Shown: positions 63,001 through 64,000 of the stretch, in pieces
How positions within the stretch are numbered: position 1 is the first letter of the stretch
Layout: each line of letters starts with the position of its first letter
Origin: Eledone cirrhosa
Taxonomy: Eukaryota
Length of the DNA stretch: 64,000 nucleotides
Assembly: GCA_964016885.1 (NCBI GenBank)
Contig: OZ024744.1
Location: 121,210,001 to 121,274,000 of the forward strand
Reading direction: 5' to 3'
The notes under the pieces: model-generated
What the model was told of the DNA's origin: nothing
The model's database searches: none
What the model saw: only the letters and a program-made list of their open reading frames with translations
Position numbers and translations under genes: made by a program

Positions 63001-64000
63001 GGTGAGAGGAATAGAGGTAGTGATGGATGTTGTGAAGAGAGATAGTGTGAGATGGTTGGGTCATGTGTTGAGGAAGGATAAAAGTGACTGGGTGAGAGGA
63101 ATAGTGGTAGTGATGGATGTTGTAAAGGGAGATAGTGTGAGATAGTTGGGTCATGTGTTGAGGAAGTATAAAAGTGACTGGGTGAGAGGAATAGAGGTAG
63201 TGATGGATGTTGTGAAGAGAGATAGTGTGAGATGGTTGGGTCCTGTGTTGAGGAAGGATGAAAGTGACTGGGTGACAAGAACAGAGGTAGTGATGGATGT
63301 TGTGAAGAGAGATAGTGTGAGATGGTTGGATCATGTGTTGAAGAAGGTTAAAAGTGACTGGGTGAGTGGAATAGAGGTAGTAATGAATGTTGTGAAGAGA
63401 GATAGTGTGGGACGGTTGGGTCATGTGTTGAGGAAGGATAAAAGTGACTGGGTGAGAGGAATAGAGGTAGTGATGGATGTTGTGAAGAGAGATAGTGTGA
63501 GATGGTTGGGTCATGTGTTGAGGAAGGTTGAATGTGAATGGGTGAGAGGAACAGAGGTAGTGATGGATGTTGTGAAGAGAGATAGTGTGAGATGGTTGGG
63601 TCATGTGTTGAGGAAGGTTGAATGTGAATGGGTGAGAGGAACAGAGGTAGTGATGGATGTTGCGAAGAGAGATAGTGTGAGATGGTTGGGTCATGTGTTG
63701 AGGAAGGATAAAAGTGACTGGGTGAGAGGAATAGAGGTAGTGATGGATGTTGCGAAGAGAGATAGTGTGAGATGGTTGGGTCATGTGTTGAGGAAGGATA
63801 AAAGTGACTGGGTGAGAGGAATAGAGGTTTTGATGGATGTTGTGAAGAGAGATAGTGTGAGATGGTTAGCTAATGTGTTGAGGAAGGATAAAAGTGACTG
63901 GGTGAGAGGAATAGAGGTTGTGATGGATGTTGTGAAGAGAGATAGTGTGAGATGGTTGGGTCATGTGTTGAGGAAGTATGAAAGTGACTGGGTGAGAGGA
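60040..64000 (+). repeat. Young higher-order repeat of 14-17 monomers (offsets 1260 and 1530 bp), ~3 copies, related to ~53900-54950
   Basis: Marker set 'gaagcaagatag', 'gagatagttggg', 'ggtgacaagaacag' recurs at ~60070/60350/60480, ~61325/61610/61740, ~62855/63140/63270 and earlier at ~53950/54235/54365; ORF offsets 60356/61616 = 1260 and 61076/62606 = 1530. Confidence 0.88.

Larger units (their letters stand above)
1..64000 (+). repeat. 90-bp tandem satellite array (~710 monomers, single orientation, running off both window edges)
   Basis: The same 90-nt unit recurs throughout (e.g. 'tgtgttgagg aag' at 1, 91, 181; the text layout repeats every 180 nt). Monomers differ from consensus by a few substitutions and occasional 1-2 nt indels. 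All ORFs on both strands show 30-aa periodicity. Confidence 0.99.
1..64000 (+). mobile_element. Monomer is probably a tandemly amplified 90-bp fragment of an RTE-like non-LTR retrotransposon ORF (C-terminal post-RT region); not an intact element
   Basis: The + frame translates to GIEVVMDVVKRDSVRWLGHVLRKDKSDWVR, resembling the recalled RTE-like motif 'GI..I..V....RLRW(F/Y/L)GHVLR.D..DWV(K/R)'. No endonuclease, RT catalytic (YADD-type) motif, downstream 'G.R.RGRP' motif or 3' tail is present. Motif recognition only; no search was run. Confidence 0.72.

Noticed and set aside
61616-63145. Plus-strand ORFs with a 30-aa repeat as a real tandem-repeat protein gene
   Set aside because: ORFs start and stop at sporadic SNPs and indels. 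Nonsense alleles (gatTAA, ataTAG, agaTGA, agaTAG) and frameshifts are propagated in many copies, most variants change the amino acid, and no non-repetitive domain exists. Openness is best explained by the 90-bp unit and probable coding ancestry.
1-64000. CRISPR-like array (more conserved 'gatagtgtgagatggttgggtcatgtgttgagg' alternating with a more variable part)
   Set aside because: The variable part consists of homologous point variants of one sequence, not unique spacers; there is no palindromic repeat, leader or cas gene.
1-64000. TALE/PPR-like programmable repeat code or a diversity-generating cassette library (variable residues KDKSD/KYESD/KVECE/RDKID)
   Set aside because: Variant order is explained by block duplication, the reading frame is broken every few hundred to ~1500 bp, and no flanking expression locus, RT or recombinase is visible in the window.
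1-64000. Intact or autonomous retrotransposon
   Set aside because: Only a 30-codon fragment is present; no endonuclease, RT core, UTRs, tail or target-site duplication is visible.

Overview
The whole 64 kb window is one uninterrupted, head-to-tail array of a 90-bp satellite monomer (about 710 copies, all in the same orientation). The consensus, in phase with position 1, is TGTGTTGAGG AAGGATAAAA GTGACTGGGT GAGAGGAATA GAGGTAGTGA TGGATGTTGT GAAGAGAGAT AGTGTGAGAT GGTTGGGTCA (by my count G38 A27 T23 C2, no CpG). I see no unique sequence, array boundary, inversion, RNA gene, CRISPR spacer or credible protein-coding gene; the ORFs arise because the monomer length is a multiple of 3. The most notable observation is that the + strand frame reads GIEVVMDVVKRDSVRWLGHVLRKDKSDWVR, which resembles the conserved post-RT 'RLRWxGHVxR' block near the C-terminus of RTE-type non-LTR retrotransposon (LINE) ORFs. 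The satellite therefore probably arose by tandem amplification of a 90-bp internal piece of a LINE, implying a eukaryotic, probably animal, genome (inference from motif recognition, not a database search). Shared SNPs and indels reveal layered structure: an old, eroded higher-order unit of about 20-23 monomers, overlaid by recent duplications with offsets of about 1.3-12.5 kb and local monomer/dimer expansions. Duplication offsets come from the ORF track; block boundaries are approximate to about one monomer.
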